Shown piece by piece: positions 29,754 through 38,679 of a DNA stretch of 64,000 bases. The notes beneath the pieces are model-generated. The model saw only the letters and a list, made by a program, of their open reading frames with translations. It had not been told where the DNA came from and ran no database searches. The position numbers and the translations under genes are program-made. The stretch is from an uncultured Desulfospira sp. (GTDB lineage Bacteria; Desulfobacterota; Desulfobacteria; Desulfobacterales; Desulfobacteraceae), in the NCBI GenBank assembly GCA_963663165.1, contig OY760175.1, positions 3,008,001-3,072,000 of the forward strand, in the 5' to 3' direction. Within the stretch, counting starts at the first letter, position 1, and each line of letters begins with the position of its first letter.

Positions 29754-30890
29754 TTATGCCTCTCCTATCACCACGCCGGTCAGGGTCTGGTTAACGTGAA
29801 TGGCGTTAAACTGTTCCCCGAAACTGCTGAATCCCACAAATTTCAGCCGGGCCAGGGTGGCTTCAATTTTACCGGCCTTGCCGGTTTTAAACAGGTCGAT
29901 GCGGCGGCGCAGGCAGTCAAATCCAATGGTGCAGAAAACCGTTGAAAATTCTTTGGCCAGCGCTTTGCCGGCTTTCTCAAAGTGTTCCACAAACCCGAGC
30001 CCTTTGGCCACCACCAGCACCAGGCCGTTGTCAACGGCACAATAAAAGGTGAGGCCGCCGTCAGGGTTCACTTTCTGGATGGTCCGCACGTACCACTGGT
30101 CCCCGATTTCCACCATGAGCGGATAGGCGGCAAACACCTCCGGGTTTAACTGCAGGGTTTCAAGCCCGATGGTTCTGGCATACTCCTCGGCCGCGGGGCC
30201 GCCATTGATTTCCGACACGGTCCGGGTCATGGGATCGGCTTTGGTGATGATCAGATCTGTTTGGGACGGAATAAAATTCTGGAGCTTGAATGTTTTAAAT
30301 GCCGGCCTGGATTCGATCAGGATCAGGGCACCGGCCCCCGTGTAAAAATCGCCGTTGGCAAATATATGGGTTTCTTGAAATTCCGTACTGTTGCCGGCTG
30401 ATCCGCCCACTAAAGGAACCCCCTTTAGAACCGTACTGATATTGGCGGCCACGGCCTCTTCCATGGCGGAAAGGCCGTCCAGAAGGACCATGGCAAACAT
30501 CTTTTCAGGATTAAAATCATCGGATATTTCCAGCTCGTTACGAATACTGTCCCCCAATTTAAAGGCGGCTTCCGCATCAAAGCGTTCTATGGAAGGGATC
30601 AGGCGGGAATGAAAACAAAAATCAGACCTTGCAAAACTTGCCGCCACAATGCCGTTTTCCTGGTAACGGGTCCCGATTTCCCCGGCCGTGGTACACCCCA
30701 CCACCGGGCAGTCAAAGGCCTGCCGGAATTCAGCGGCCAGGGCGGCCGGATTATAATTGGCCGAGCAGAAAAAGACCACGCCCGCAGGATCATCCTGATA
30801 AAGCTGTTCTGAAAGGGATGCCACCGCAATGGCAGGGTCCGGCGCCACCACCTCGGCCCGCTTGATTTTGTCACTTTTTGCCCTGGGCAT
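29754..30890 (-). CDS. FIST_N/FIST_C protein (NosP-like), copy 2
   Basis: VGCTTAGEI, PLVGGSAG, VSEINGGPAAEEY, GFDC..RR, GFSSFGEQ, HVNQTLTGV. Confidence 0.92.
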   Translation of the reverse strand: MPRAKSDKIKRAEVVAPDPAIAVASLSEQLYQDDPAGVVFFCSANYNPAALAAEFRQAFDCPVVGCTTAGEIGTRYQENGIVAASFARSDFCFHSRLIPSIERFDAEAAFKLGDSIRNELEISDDFNPEKMFAMVLLDGLSAMEEAVAANISTVLKGVPLVGGSAGNSTEFQETHIFANGDFYTGAGALILIESRPAFKTFKLQNFIPSQTDLIITKADPMTRTVSEINGGPAAEEYARTIGLETLQLNPEVFAAYPLMVEIGDQWYVRTIQKVNPDGGLTFYCAVDNGLVLVVAKGLGFVEHFEKAGKALAKEFSTVFCTIGFDCLRRRIDLFKTGKAGKIEATLARLKFVGFSSFGEQFNAIHVNQTLTGVVIGEA

Positions 30891-30917
30891 ATTGGTTTTC
30901 CTTTGTTTTAAAAAGGC

Positions 30918-32057
30918 TTACTTTTCACCGATCACAACCCCGGTCAAGGTATGGTTGACATGAACGGCGTTGATCTGTTCCCCGTAGGTGCTGAACCCCA
31001 CAAATTTCATCTGGGCCAGTGCCGCTTCAACATCAGCGGCCTCCCCTTTTTTGTGCAGTTCCAGGCGGCGATGAAGGCAGTCAAACCCAATGGTACAAAA
31101 AATCGTCGAGAATTCGCGATTCAACTCTCTGGCCAGGGCCTCCAGATTTTCCACAAATCCGCCCCCTTTTCCCAAGGCCACCACCAGCCCGCTGTCAATG
31201 GCACAGGAAAAGGTCAGGCTGTTATCGGGATTTGCATCCATAATGGACCGGACATACCACTGGTCCCCGATCTCCAGCATCAGGGGGTTGTCGGCGAACA
31301 CCTCAAAGGACAAATCCTTGACGTCAAGCCCCAGGGTCCTGGCATACTCCAGGGCAGCCGGCCCGCCGTTGATCTCCGACACCATCCGGGTTTTGGGATC
31401 GGCCTCAGTGATGATCAGGTCAATGTCCGACGGAACAAAATCCTGGTGCTTAAAGATTTTAAAATCCTTCCGGGTTTCGATCAGGATCACCAGGCCTGCC
31501 CCGGTGTGAAACCGGCCATTGGCAAACACCCGGGTTTCTTTAAAAATCATGTTGTCCGCCGCAGACCCGCCCACCAGGGAGACACCGTTTAAGGCGGCGG
31601 TAATATGGGGGATCACAGTTTCCTCCATGAGCGAAAGGCCGTCAAACAGGCCCATGGCAAACATTTTGCCGGAATCAAAATCATTTGAGAATTCAAGTTG
31701 TTTGCGCATGGCATCTGCCTGGGCAAAAGCGGCTTTGGCGTCAAAATCACGAATGGGGGAAATTAAATGGGGGTGCAACCGGAAATCAGATCCGGCAAAA
31801 CTTAAGGCCACAATACTGTTTTCCTGGTAACAGGTTCCGATTTCTCCGGCCGTGGTACACCCAGCCACCGGACAGTCAAACCGGGCGTTGAATTCGGCGG
31901 CCAGGGCCTTTGGATCATAATATTCAGCAGAGCAGAAAAAGATCACACCGGCGGTCTCATCCTGGGAAAGCTGCTCTGCCAGGGATGCTACCGCGACAGC
32001 AGGATCCTTTGAATTTGCCTCTGCGCGCTTGATTTTTTCAAATCCGGCAACCGGCAT
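30918..32057 (-). CDS. FIST_N/FIST_C protein (NosP-like), copy 1
   Basis: AGCTTAGEI, LVGGSAAD, GFDCLHRR, GFSTYGEQ, HVNHTLTGV; collinear with copy 2. Confidence 0.92.
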   Translation of the reverse strand: MPVAGFEKIKRAEANSKDPAVAVASLAEQLSQDETAGVIFFCSAEYYDPKALAAEFNARFDCPVAGCTTAGEIGTCYQENSIVALSFAGSDFRLHPHLISPIRDFDAKAAFAQADAMRKQLEFSNDFDSGKMFAMGLFDGLSLMEETVIPHITAALNGVSLVGGSAADNMIFKETRVFANGRFHTGAGLVILIETRKDFKIFKHQDFVPSDIDLIITEADPKTRMVSEINGGPAALEYARTLGLDVKDLSFEVFADNPLMLEIGDQWYVRSIMDANPDNSLTFSCAIDSGLVVALGKGGGFVENLEALARELNREFSTIFCTIGFDCLHRRLELHKKGEAADVEAALAQMKFVGFSTYGEQINAVHVNHTLTGVVIGEK

Positions 32058-32364
32058 CGCGATTCTCCTTATGTCTAACCTTCGGGGTTGTTTGCCACCA
32101 CATCAGCACAGCGCAGGACATTAAACAGAATGAATTGATTTTTTCTATAATCAGTAGCATACAATGGATGGAATTGTCAAAAACCATCCCAGGGGGCAGC
32201 AAAAAAAACGGACGTTTACGATGCCATAATCATCCAGGATTCAATGAGTTACAATCACCGCAACCCTGTGGAGATATGGCGAAAAAGAGCCCTTGGAAAC
32301 CGGGAGGCAAAAGACCGGGAACGGGAAACCGGCGGCCGGATGTTGCGAATCCTTCGGGTTATAC

Positions 32365-32413
32365 GGTTGGAGCGGGCCATGCCCGCGATTCGCGGACATG
32401 GCCCGCTCCAACC
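32365..32413. repeat. REP-like inverted doublet
   Basis: GGTTGGAGCGGGCCATGCCCGCGA-T-TCGCGGACATGGCCCGCTCCAACC: 24-bp arms with one mismatch; each arm is itself palindromic. Confidence 0.85.
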
Positions 32414-32588
32414 AGGCGCTTGTTTTTGCTCTTTTGTTATGGTCATTTTTTTACTATTCTGTATCTGTTCATACTTTACGCCGGCTGTTATCCTTCCCGC
32501 AAATTAACACCTGATCGATGACCGTTAAAGGATGCTGAATTTTCATCCTTTATCCGTCATCCTTCAGCCTTTCAAGAAAGGAGGACAT

Positions 32589-33794
32589 ATGAACTATCAA
32601 TCCCTGCTGGCAGACAGAACAAAGCTCATGGAGGCAAACGCCATCCGGGAAATTCTCAAGGTGGTGGCAAAGCCCGGGATCATCTCCCTTGCCGGCGGTA
32701 TCCCGTCCCCGGAAAGCTTTCCCATGGACCTGTTCCATGATCTGGCGGGAAGGGTAATGGAAAAACACGGGGCCGCCGCCTTTCAATACGACCTGACCGA
32801 AGGCTTTCCCCCCTTAAGGGAACAGCTGTCCCAACTTCTGGCCCAACGGGGGATTGACGCAGGTCCTGAACAGGTCAATGTCACCTCCGGGTCCCAGGGC
32901 GTGCTGGATGCCGTGGGCAAACTGCTCATCTCCAAAGGGGATCAGGTGGCCGTGGAATCCCCCACCTATCTGGGGGCCATATCAGCCTTTAACCCCTACG
33001 AACCCGAGTATGTACCCCTTGAAACCGATGACTTCGGGCTGATCCCCGCGTCTTTAGAGCAGACGCTAAAAACCCAAAAGATCAAACTGATCTATCTGGT
33101 CCCGACCTTCCAGAACCCCACCGGCCGGACCCTGCCCCTGGAACGCCGGCAGAAAATAGCACGGATTATCCAGGAGCTTGGCGGCCTGCTCATCGAAGAT
33201 GACCCTTACTCATCCCTGCGGTATGAAGGTGATCCGGTTCCGGCCATCAAAACCCTTGCCCCGGACAACGTAATTTACGTATCCACCCTGTCCAAGGTGT
33301 TTGCCCCCGGGCTTCGCATCGGATTTTATGCGGCCCCTGAATTTCTTCGGCAATGGCTGGTTCTGGTCAAACAGGGGATCGACCTTCACACCTCCACCTT
33401 TAACCAGGCCCTGGCCGCCGAGTACCTTGACGGCGGACACCTGGAACGGCAGCTGCCAAAAATCATTGACCTTTACCAGCCCCGGCAAAAAGCCATGATC
33501 CGGGCACTTGAAACCTATATGCCCCAAGGGTTTACCTGTTCACCGTCCCAGGGCGGCATGTTTTTATGGGTCAGCGGTCCCAAGGGCTTTGACGCCATGG
33601 CCCTGTACCACAAGGCCGTGGAAAACGGAGTGGCCTTTGTGCCGGGCCGCTTCTTTTATACGGACCCGTCCCAGGGAATGGAGACCATGCGCCTTAACTA
33701 TACCATGGCCGAAGAACCGGTTATTGAAACGGCTGTAAAAAAGCTTGCTGATGCGGCCAAAGAAATCTTGCCGCCCCACAGGTTAACTGCCTGA
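32589..33794 (+). CDS. PLP-dependent class I aminotransferase (LysN/2-aminoadipate transaminase-like)
   Basis: ISLAGGIP, VPTFQNPTG, IEDDPY, STLSKVFAPGLRIG (PLP Lys), GGMFLWV, MRLNY. AGGAGG RBS before ATG 32589. Confidence 0.92.
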   Translation: MNYQSLLADRTKLMEANAIREILKVVAKPGIISLAGGIPSPESFPMDLFHDLAGRVMEKHGAAAFQYDLTEGFPPLREQLSQLLAQRGIDAGPEQVNVTSGSQGVLDAVGKLLISKGDQVAVESPTYLGAISAFNPYEPEYVPLETDDFGLIPASLEQTLKTQKIKLIYLVPTFQNPTGRTLPLERRQKIARIIQELGGLLIEDDPYSSLRYEGDPVPAIKTLAPDNVIYVSTLSKVFAPGLRIGFYAAPEFLRQWLVLVKQGIDLHTSTFNQALAAEYLDGGHLERQLPKIIDLYQPRQKAMIRALETYMPQGFTCSPSQGGMFLWVSGPKGFDAMALYHKAVENGVAFVPGRFFYTDPSQGMETMRLNYTMAEEPVIETAVKKLADAAKEILPPHRLTA

Positions 33795-33806
33795 TGCCAT
33801 AAGGGA

Positions 33807-34019
33807 TCAGGATTGTTCCTCCTTAAATTCAAGTATGTCCCCGGGCTGGCATTGAAGGAACCGGCAGATGGCGTCCAGGGTGGCCAGACGTACGCCTTTT
33901 ACCTTTCCTGTTTTGATTAAGGACAGGTTTTGTTCGGTTATCCCCACAAACTCTGCCAGTTCCCTGGACTTAACCTTGCGCTTGGCAAGCATGACATCAA
34001 GGTTGATAATAATCATCAT
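33807..34019 (-). CDS. XRE/Cro-family HTH regulator (YozG-like)
   Basis: LDVMLAKRK..ELAEFVGITEQNLSLIKTGKVKGVRLATLDAIC..LQCQPGDIL; canonical partner of DUF2975. Confidence 0.93.
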   Translation of the reverse strand: MMIIINLDVMLAKRKVKSRELAEFVGITEQNLSLIKTGKVKGVRLATLDAICRFLQCQPGDILEFKEEQS

Positions 34020-34030
34020 TGCATCCCCCC

Positions 34031-34567
34031 TTAAATGAACAACTCGTGGTCTTCTTTGATTTTGCGCGCTTCATCCATTACCCAGGTGATGGTCAGGATG
34101 GTTGCGCCCACGAACAGGGCACTGAAATCAGATCCCTCAAGGCCGAAAGTGACAATGCGCTGTCCCGGGGGATGGTGCAGGGTCAGGGCCATACTGATCA
34201 GGGAGTTGCTCAGGATATGGCAGGCCGTCCAGATGATCATGGCCCGGCCAAGGCGGTTGAAACAGTCAACATTGGCCTTGGCAAAAATAATTCCGTTTTC
34301 ATAAAGCCGGAACAATTTTCCGAGCACATGCAATCCGTATAGAAAAACCGAAAGGGGAATCAGGTCTGTGAAAAAGGCCAAAAGCCTGGCCGTTGCCAGC
34401 AGGTCTCCGGTAACCGGCACGGGAAAGTTGGCCATATTCGGCAAGTGCCGGACATGGTTGAAAAAACACCAGTAAAGAATGCATATAAGGGGCAGTGCAA
34501 AAACCAGGGCCGTGCATATGTATTTCAACCTGCGGCTTGCCCGTATAATCCGTTCTTTGTTATCCAT
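34031..34567 (-). CDS. DUF2975 (YoaS-like) membrane protein
   Basis: Four TM segments, LFRLYENGIIFAKANV, C-terminal WVMDEARKIKEDHELFI; upstream of the YozG-like gene. Confidence 0.88.
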   Translation of the reverse strand: MDNKERIIRASRRLKYICTALVFALPLICILYWCFFNHVRHLPNMANFPVPVTGDLLATARLLAFFTDLIPLSVFLYGLHVLGKLFRLYENGIIFAKANVDCFNRLGRAMIIWTACHILSNSLISMALTLHHPPGQRIVTFGLEGSDFSALFVGATILTITWVMDEARKIKEDHELFI

Positions 34568-34683
34568 TGATTTGTTTCCTCCAGTTGGATTAAATTTGCC
34601 TGGTTAAAAATATCGGTTTATAGTGGTCACTTACCTGAGTTTTTAACCGGAAAGGGAATGGGCGTCAAGAGAAAATTAAAATA

Positions 34684-34726
34684 AAACGATAAACAATATA
34701 TGTAATACATGAATTATTTATCGTTT
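34684..34726. promoter_or_regulatory. Inverted repeat, candidate operator of the XRE regulator
   Basis: AAACGATAAA (34684-34693) and TTTATCGTTT (34717-34726) in the divergent intergenic region, next to a minus-strand TTGACG at 34663-34668. Confidence 0.5.
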
Positions 34727-34882
34727 ATTCGGGAATAAACTGAAGACCAATCCTGGGCCGGACCATCTTTTGGTCCCCAATAACCACTTTGAATTTATGG
34801 ACTTTAACGAACAAAAATTTATTTCCATCCGGTCAACGCCCCGGAACCCGTTCCACTCAAGGCCTTTGGGGAGAAATTAAAC

Positions 34883-37800
34883 GTGGAGGTCCTGGAATCA
34901 AAACTGGCTGCCCCCCACCTGGGAATTCTTTTGCAGCGGCCGCGTCTGATTCAAAATTGGGAAAACCTGTCCGGTAAACGCCTGATTCTGGTCACAGCCG
35001 GGGCCGGATACGGGAAAACCACTCTGGCGGCACAGGCCCTGGCAGGCCCGTGTTCCCGGAACCGGGCCCCGGTCTGGTACCGCCTGGACCGGTTTGACCG
35101 GGACATCACCACCTTTACCAGATACCTGATTCAAGGCCTGGAAAAGGTGTTTCCCCAATTTAAACAAGCGCTTGCCCCGGACCTGCTTGAGTCCCCGGGC
35201 CGGCCCCAGGACCTTCTTCTAGGGATTGCAAAGACCCTGGAATCAAGGACATCCCGGGAAATTTTCATTGTTTTGGACGATTATCACCTTTTGGGCCCTG
35301 CCGGGGACAACCCGGTTAACGCACCCGGCTTTGCAGATGTCCATGCCTGTATGGATTTTCTTTTGGAACGGCTGCCCGCCCATGTCCGGTTTGTGCTCAT
35401 CTCCCGGACAGACCCGCCGTTGAAGCTGTCCACCCTGCGGGTCCGGGGCCAGATCCTGGAAATTCATGAATCAGACCTGGTGTTCACGGCCCATGAAACA
35501 ACGGCTTTGTATTCCCGGATTCATAACCAGGTCCCGGCCCCGGAGATCCTGTCCGCTTTTTATAGACAGACCGGGGGGTGGGCTGCCGGCCTGGTTCTGT
35601 TCGGGGCCGCCCTTACAAAAAAGGACGGCCTGCCGGCCTGGCAGGATGCCCTGAAATCCGACATGTCCAAAGCCCATATTTTTAATTTCCTGGAGGAGAA
35701 CCTGTTTGACATCCAGCCGCCTGACATGCAGCAGTTCATGGTACAAACGGCGCTTATGGATCCCATGGAAAAAAGTGTGTGCGACACCGTTTTGGGCATT
35801 GATGATTCAACGGTCCGTTTCCGTAGAATGATGGCCGCCCACCTTATGGTGTTCCCTGTCAGTGAAGAGGAAACCGTATTTTATTACCACCACCTGTTCC
35901 GTGATTTTCTTCTGGAAAAGCTTTATCAAACCCTTGGGGAACCCGACATCCGGCAGCTTCACCTTAACATTGCCGGCCACCTGGAAGCCAAAGGCAATTT
36001 CATGGCCCTGGTTCATTATATTGAGGCCCGGGCCTATGACGATGCCGTGCGCTTCATGGAAGCCTTTGAACTGGAATTCTTAATCCAGGGTAAAATTGAA
36101 TTTGTCCGGACCTGCCTTGAAAAAATCCCCGGGCACATCATTGAGAAAAACCCCAGGCTTTTGTTCATGGAGGCCAAGCAGTACTCTTATTTTGGCCGTT
36201 CAGATAAAGCCATTGCCTGTCTTACAGCGGCCTGCCGGATTCTCAGGGAAACCCGCTCCAACGACTTTGTGGTCAAGTGCATGGTGGACCTGGGGGCCCA
36301 GTATTATTACACCGGACATATCCCGGAAGCCCGGGACCTGATGCTCCAGGTGCTGGATTCCACCAAAACGGACCCGGGGACCTATATCCTGGCGGTTACG
36401 TATCTGTGCTTTTTTTGCGCTGTTTTAGGGGATATGCAAAAAGCGGAAACGGTTGAGGCAGATGCCAGGGCTGTTCTGGACGGTTTTCCGCAATTCGAGC
36501 AGACCGCTGCCCTGGCTGCCATGGATATATCCAAAATCTACCGTCTTTATATCAAAGGGGATTTTGATCAATCCAGGGAATTGAACCTGGACTTGATTGC
36601 CCGGTGTAAGCCGTCAGGGCTGGAAGCGTTTATGCCCCTGGCCTGCTACCATGCCTCTGCAATCGACTGCATGCTGGGGCGGCATGAAACAGGCCTTGCC
36701 TTTGCCAGAAAAGGCCTCAGGGCTGCAAAAAACATTCACCTCAGGGACAGCCAGAACGGCTGGCTATACATTGCCCGGGCTGAAAACCACCTGGGCCTTT
36801 TGCACCTGGATGCCGCACAAACCCATGCCGGTGAGGCACTGGCAATCTTCCGGCGGCCCGGAAACCGGTGGGGCATGGCCAATGCACTGGACCTCAGGGC
36901 CAAAATCAGCCTGGTCCGGGACGATATCCCCGGGGCCCATTCCGAAGTTTTCCGAGCCCTGGATATTATCAAGGGATATGGCCTGCCCATGACCGAAGCC
37001 ATTATTTCCAATACCCTGGCCCGGGTGTTCATGGCATCAAACGCCTTTGACAAAGCCCTGGCCTGTCTTTCCCGAGCCAGGAAACAGTTGAAACCGGCCC
37101 TTTATCATCTGTGCGTATCCTGGCTCCTGGATGCCCGCTGCTGCCAGGCCCTGGGCCGGAAGGAAGCGGCTGTGAAGGCTTTGAAAAAAGGCCTCGCCAT
37201 TGCCGGAATGAAAAATTTTGACCGCATTGTCCGGGCAGAGGCCAGAGACCTGATTCCCCTTATGGCCGGGATCCGGGCCGGGGCCATTTTTTGTGCCTTT
37301 CCCGGAACCCCTGGGGACCGGTTGGAACCTGAAGCCTGCCGGCCTGAAGGGAACATGAAGGGGCTTGAAATCCGGGTGCTGGGCCGGTTTAAGCTGATTG
37401 TGGAGGGCAGGGAAATTGACCGCAGCCAGTGGCCTGGTACCAAACCCCTGATCCTGTTCCAATACCTGGCGGCTCATCAATCCAAAGGCTTTATTTCCAA
37501 GGATGTGCTGGTGGAGATGCTCTGGCCGGACCAGGACCCGGACAAAACCGGTAAACGCTTCAACACCGCCATGAGCCAGCTGCGAAAACTTTTAGAACCC
37601 AATCTGGCACCGCGCTCACCTTCAACTTATATTCAGCGCAAAAATGATCTTTATGCCCTTTCTTTGGGGCCGAAGGGAAGTTTGGACCTGTCAGGATTCC
37701 AAAGCACGACTGAAAAATTTTTAGGCCTGGCAGACAAAAACCCGAAGGCTGTCCTTGCCTTTGGCAAAAAGACAGAAAGCCTTTACACAGGCCCGCTGCT

Positions 37801-38140
37801 TGATGACCTGCCCTATCAGGACTGGTGTATCAGGCTCAGGGATGAAATCAAACATCTTTACTTAAGGGCCTGCCGCAAGCTGATTAAGCTGTGCCGACAG
37901 CTTAAAGACCCGGATTCAGGCATCCGGTACGCACAAAATTTTCTTAAAGCCGATCCCTTTGATGAATCCATGTACCGGCACCTGATCCTTTTTTTCCTGG
38001 AAACCGGCCGGCATGGCAAGGCCCATGAAACCTTTCTTGCCTGCAAGGAAAGGATGAAGGAAATGGACTGTCCCTTAAGCCCCCAGACCCTGGATCTTAT
38101 GAAAAAAGCAGGCCCTCGCCTGACACAGCCCGGGGATTAA
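34883..38140 (+). CDS. Large MalT-like ATPase, TPR, wHTH and BTAD (SARP-type) transcriptional regulator
   Basis: SKL..P...LLQRPRL, AGAGYGKTT, IVLDDYH, TGGWAAGL, YYHHLFRDFL, TPR-like helices, IRVLGRF, LWPD, LYTGPLL, DPFDESMYRHLI. Confidence 0.9.
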   Translation: MEVLESKLAAPHLGILLQRPRLIQNWENLSGKRLILVTAGAGYGKTTLAAQALAGPCSRNRAPVWYRLDRFDRDITTFTRYLIQGLEKVFPQFKQALAPDLLESPGRPQDLLLGIAKTLESRTSREIFIVLDDYHLLGPAGDNPVNAPGFADVHACMDFLLERLPAHVRFVLISRTDPPLKLSTLRVRGQILEIHESDLVFTAHETTALYSRIHNQVPAPEILSAFYRQTGGWAAGLVLFGAALTKKDGLPAWQDALKSDMSKAHIFNFLEENLFDIQPPDMQQFMVQTALMDPMEKSVCDTVLGIDDSTVRFRRMMAAHLMVFPVSEEETVFYYHHLFRDFLLEKLYQTLGEPDIRQLHLNIAGHLEAKGNFMALVHYIEARAYDDAVRFMEAFELEFLIQGKIEFVRTCLEKIPGHIIEKNPRLLFMEAKQYSYFGRSDKAIACLTAACRILRETRSNDFVVKCMVDLGAQYYYTGHIPEARDLMLQVLDSTKTDPGTYILAVTYLCFFCAVLGDMQKAETVEADARAVLDGFPQFEQTAALAAMDISKIYRLYIKGDFDQSRELNLDLIARCKPSGLEAFMPLACYHASAIDCMLGRHETGLAFARKGLRAAKNIHLRDSQNGWLYIARAENHLGLLHLDAAQTHAGEALAIFRRPGNRWGMANALDLRAKISLVRDDIPGAHSEVFRALDIIKGYGLPMTEAIISNTLARVFMASNAFDKALACLSRARKQLKPALYHLCVSWLLDARCCQALGRKEAAVKALKKGLAIAGMKNFDRIVRAEARDLIPLMAGIRAGAIFCAFPGTPGDRLEPEACRPEGNMKGLEIRVLGRFKLIVEGREIDRSQWPGTKPLILFQYLAAHQSKGFISKDVLVEMLWPDQDPDKTGKRFNTAMSQLRKLLEPNLAPRSPSTYIQRKNDLYALSLGPKGSLDLSGFQSTTEKFLGLADKNPKAVLAFGKKTESLYTGPLLDDLPYQDWCIRLRDEIKHLYLRACRKLIKLCRQLKDPDSGIRYAQNFLKADPFDESMYRHLILFFLETGRHGKAHETFLACKERMKEMDCPLSPQTLDLMKKAGPRLTQPGD

Positions 38141-38191
38141 AATTTCCATCAAATGCAGAAAACCAGGTCAGACAAACTGTTTTTCCCCCAA

Positions 38192-38594
38192 TAACGGTCA
38201 CGGACCGTCTTGGATTATCCAACCAAGCATCGGTCCACAACAAACAATGAAAGTCTTTACAAGTAGTTAAGCTAAACTTTTATATAACGGCCACGGGCCA
38301 CAAGCCCACAACGAATAATGAAACTGAAGATACCAGCAACGGTAGACTATAAATTGGGCACCGCAGGTGCTTCGCCCTCTTATCTCTTGTTTCTTGTCTC
38401 CAGTTTCTTATAAAACGGCCACGGGCCGCTTTGGTTATCCAACCAAGAGCCGCCACCACAACAAATATTGAAAGTCTTCTCAGGACGTTAGTGAGACTTT
38501 CATATAACGGCCACGGGCCGCCTTGGTTATCCAACCAAGCACCGCCCACAACGAAAAATGAAAGTCTTTTCAGCTTGTTAGTGAGACTTTCATA
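38192..38594. repeat. Array of four structured repeat units (three ~90-93 bp, one short)
   Basis: Units at 38192-38284, 38285-~38323 (short), 38413-38504 and 38505-38594; same family as 14786-14963. Confidence 0.92.
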
Positions 38595-38595
38595 T

Positions 38596-38632
38596 AAAAT
38601 TTAGACAAAATTTAGACCCCCCATTGTATAAG
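38596..38632 (+). promoter_or_regulatory. 11-bp direct repeat next to a -10-like hexamer; candidate SARP/BTAD activator site
   Basis: AAAATTTAGAC twice (38596-38606, 38607-38617), then TATAAG at 38627-38632, about 50 bp upstream of the dsrP-like ATG. Confidence 0.55.
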
Positions 38633-38679
38633 GTGGCCGTTCTATCCTGGCATTAATCTTTTTTTGAAAGGAATGGTCC

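Noticed and set aside
32135..32521. ORFs of 63-128 aa in the FIST/aminotransferase intergenic region
   Set aside because: They are translations of heptamer and REP repeats, with no RBS or protein-like features.
38280..38549. 89-aa minus-strand ORF
   Set aside because: Lies entirely within the repeat array.
38192..38594. CRISPR array
   Set aside because: Units resemble each other along their whole length, with no constant repeat plus unique spacer pattern, and there are no cas genes in the window.
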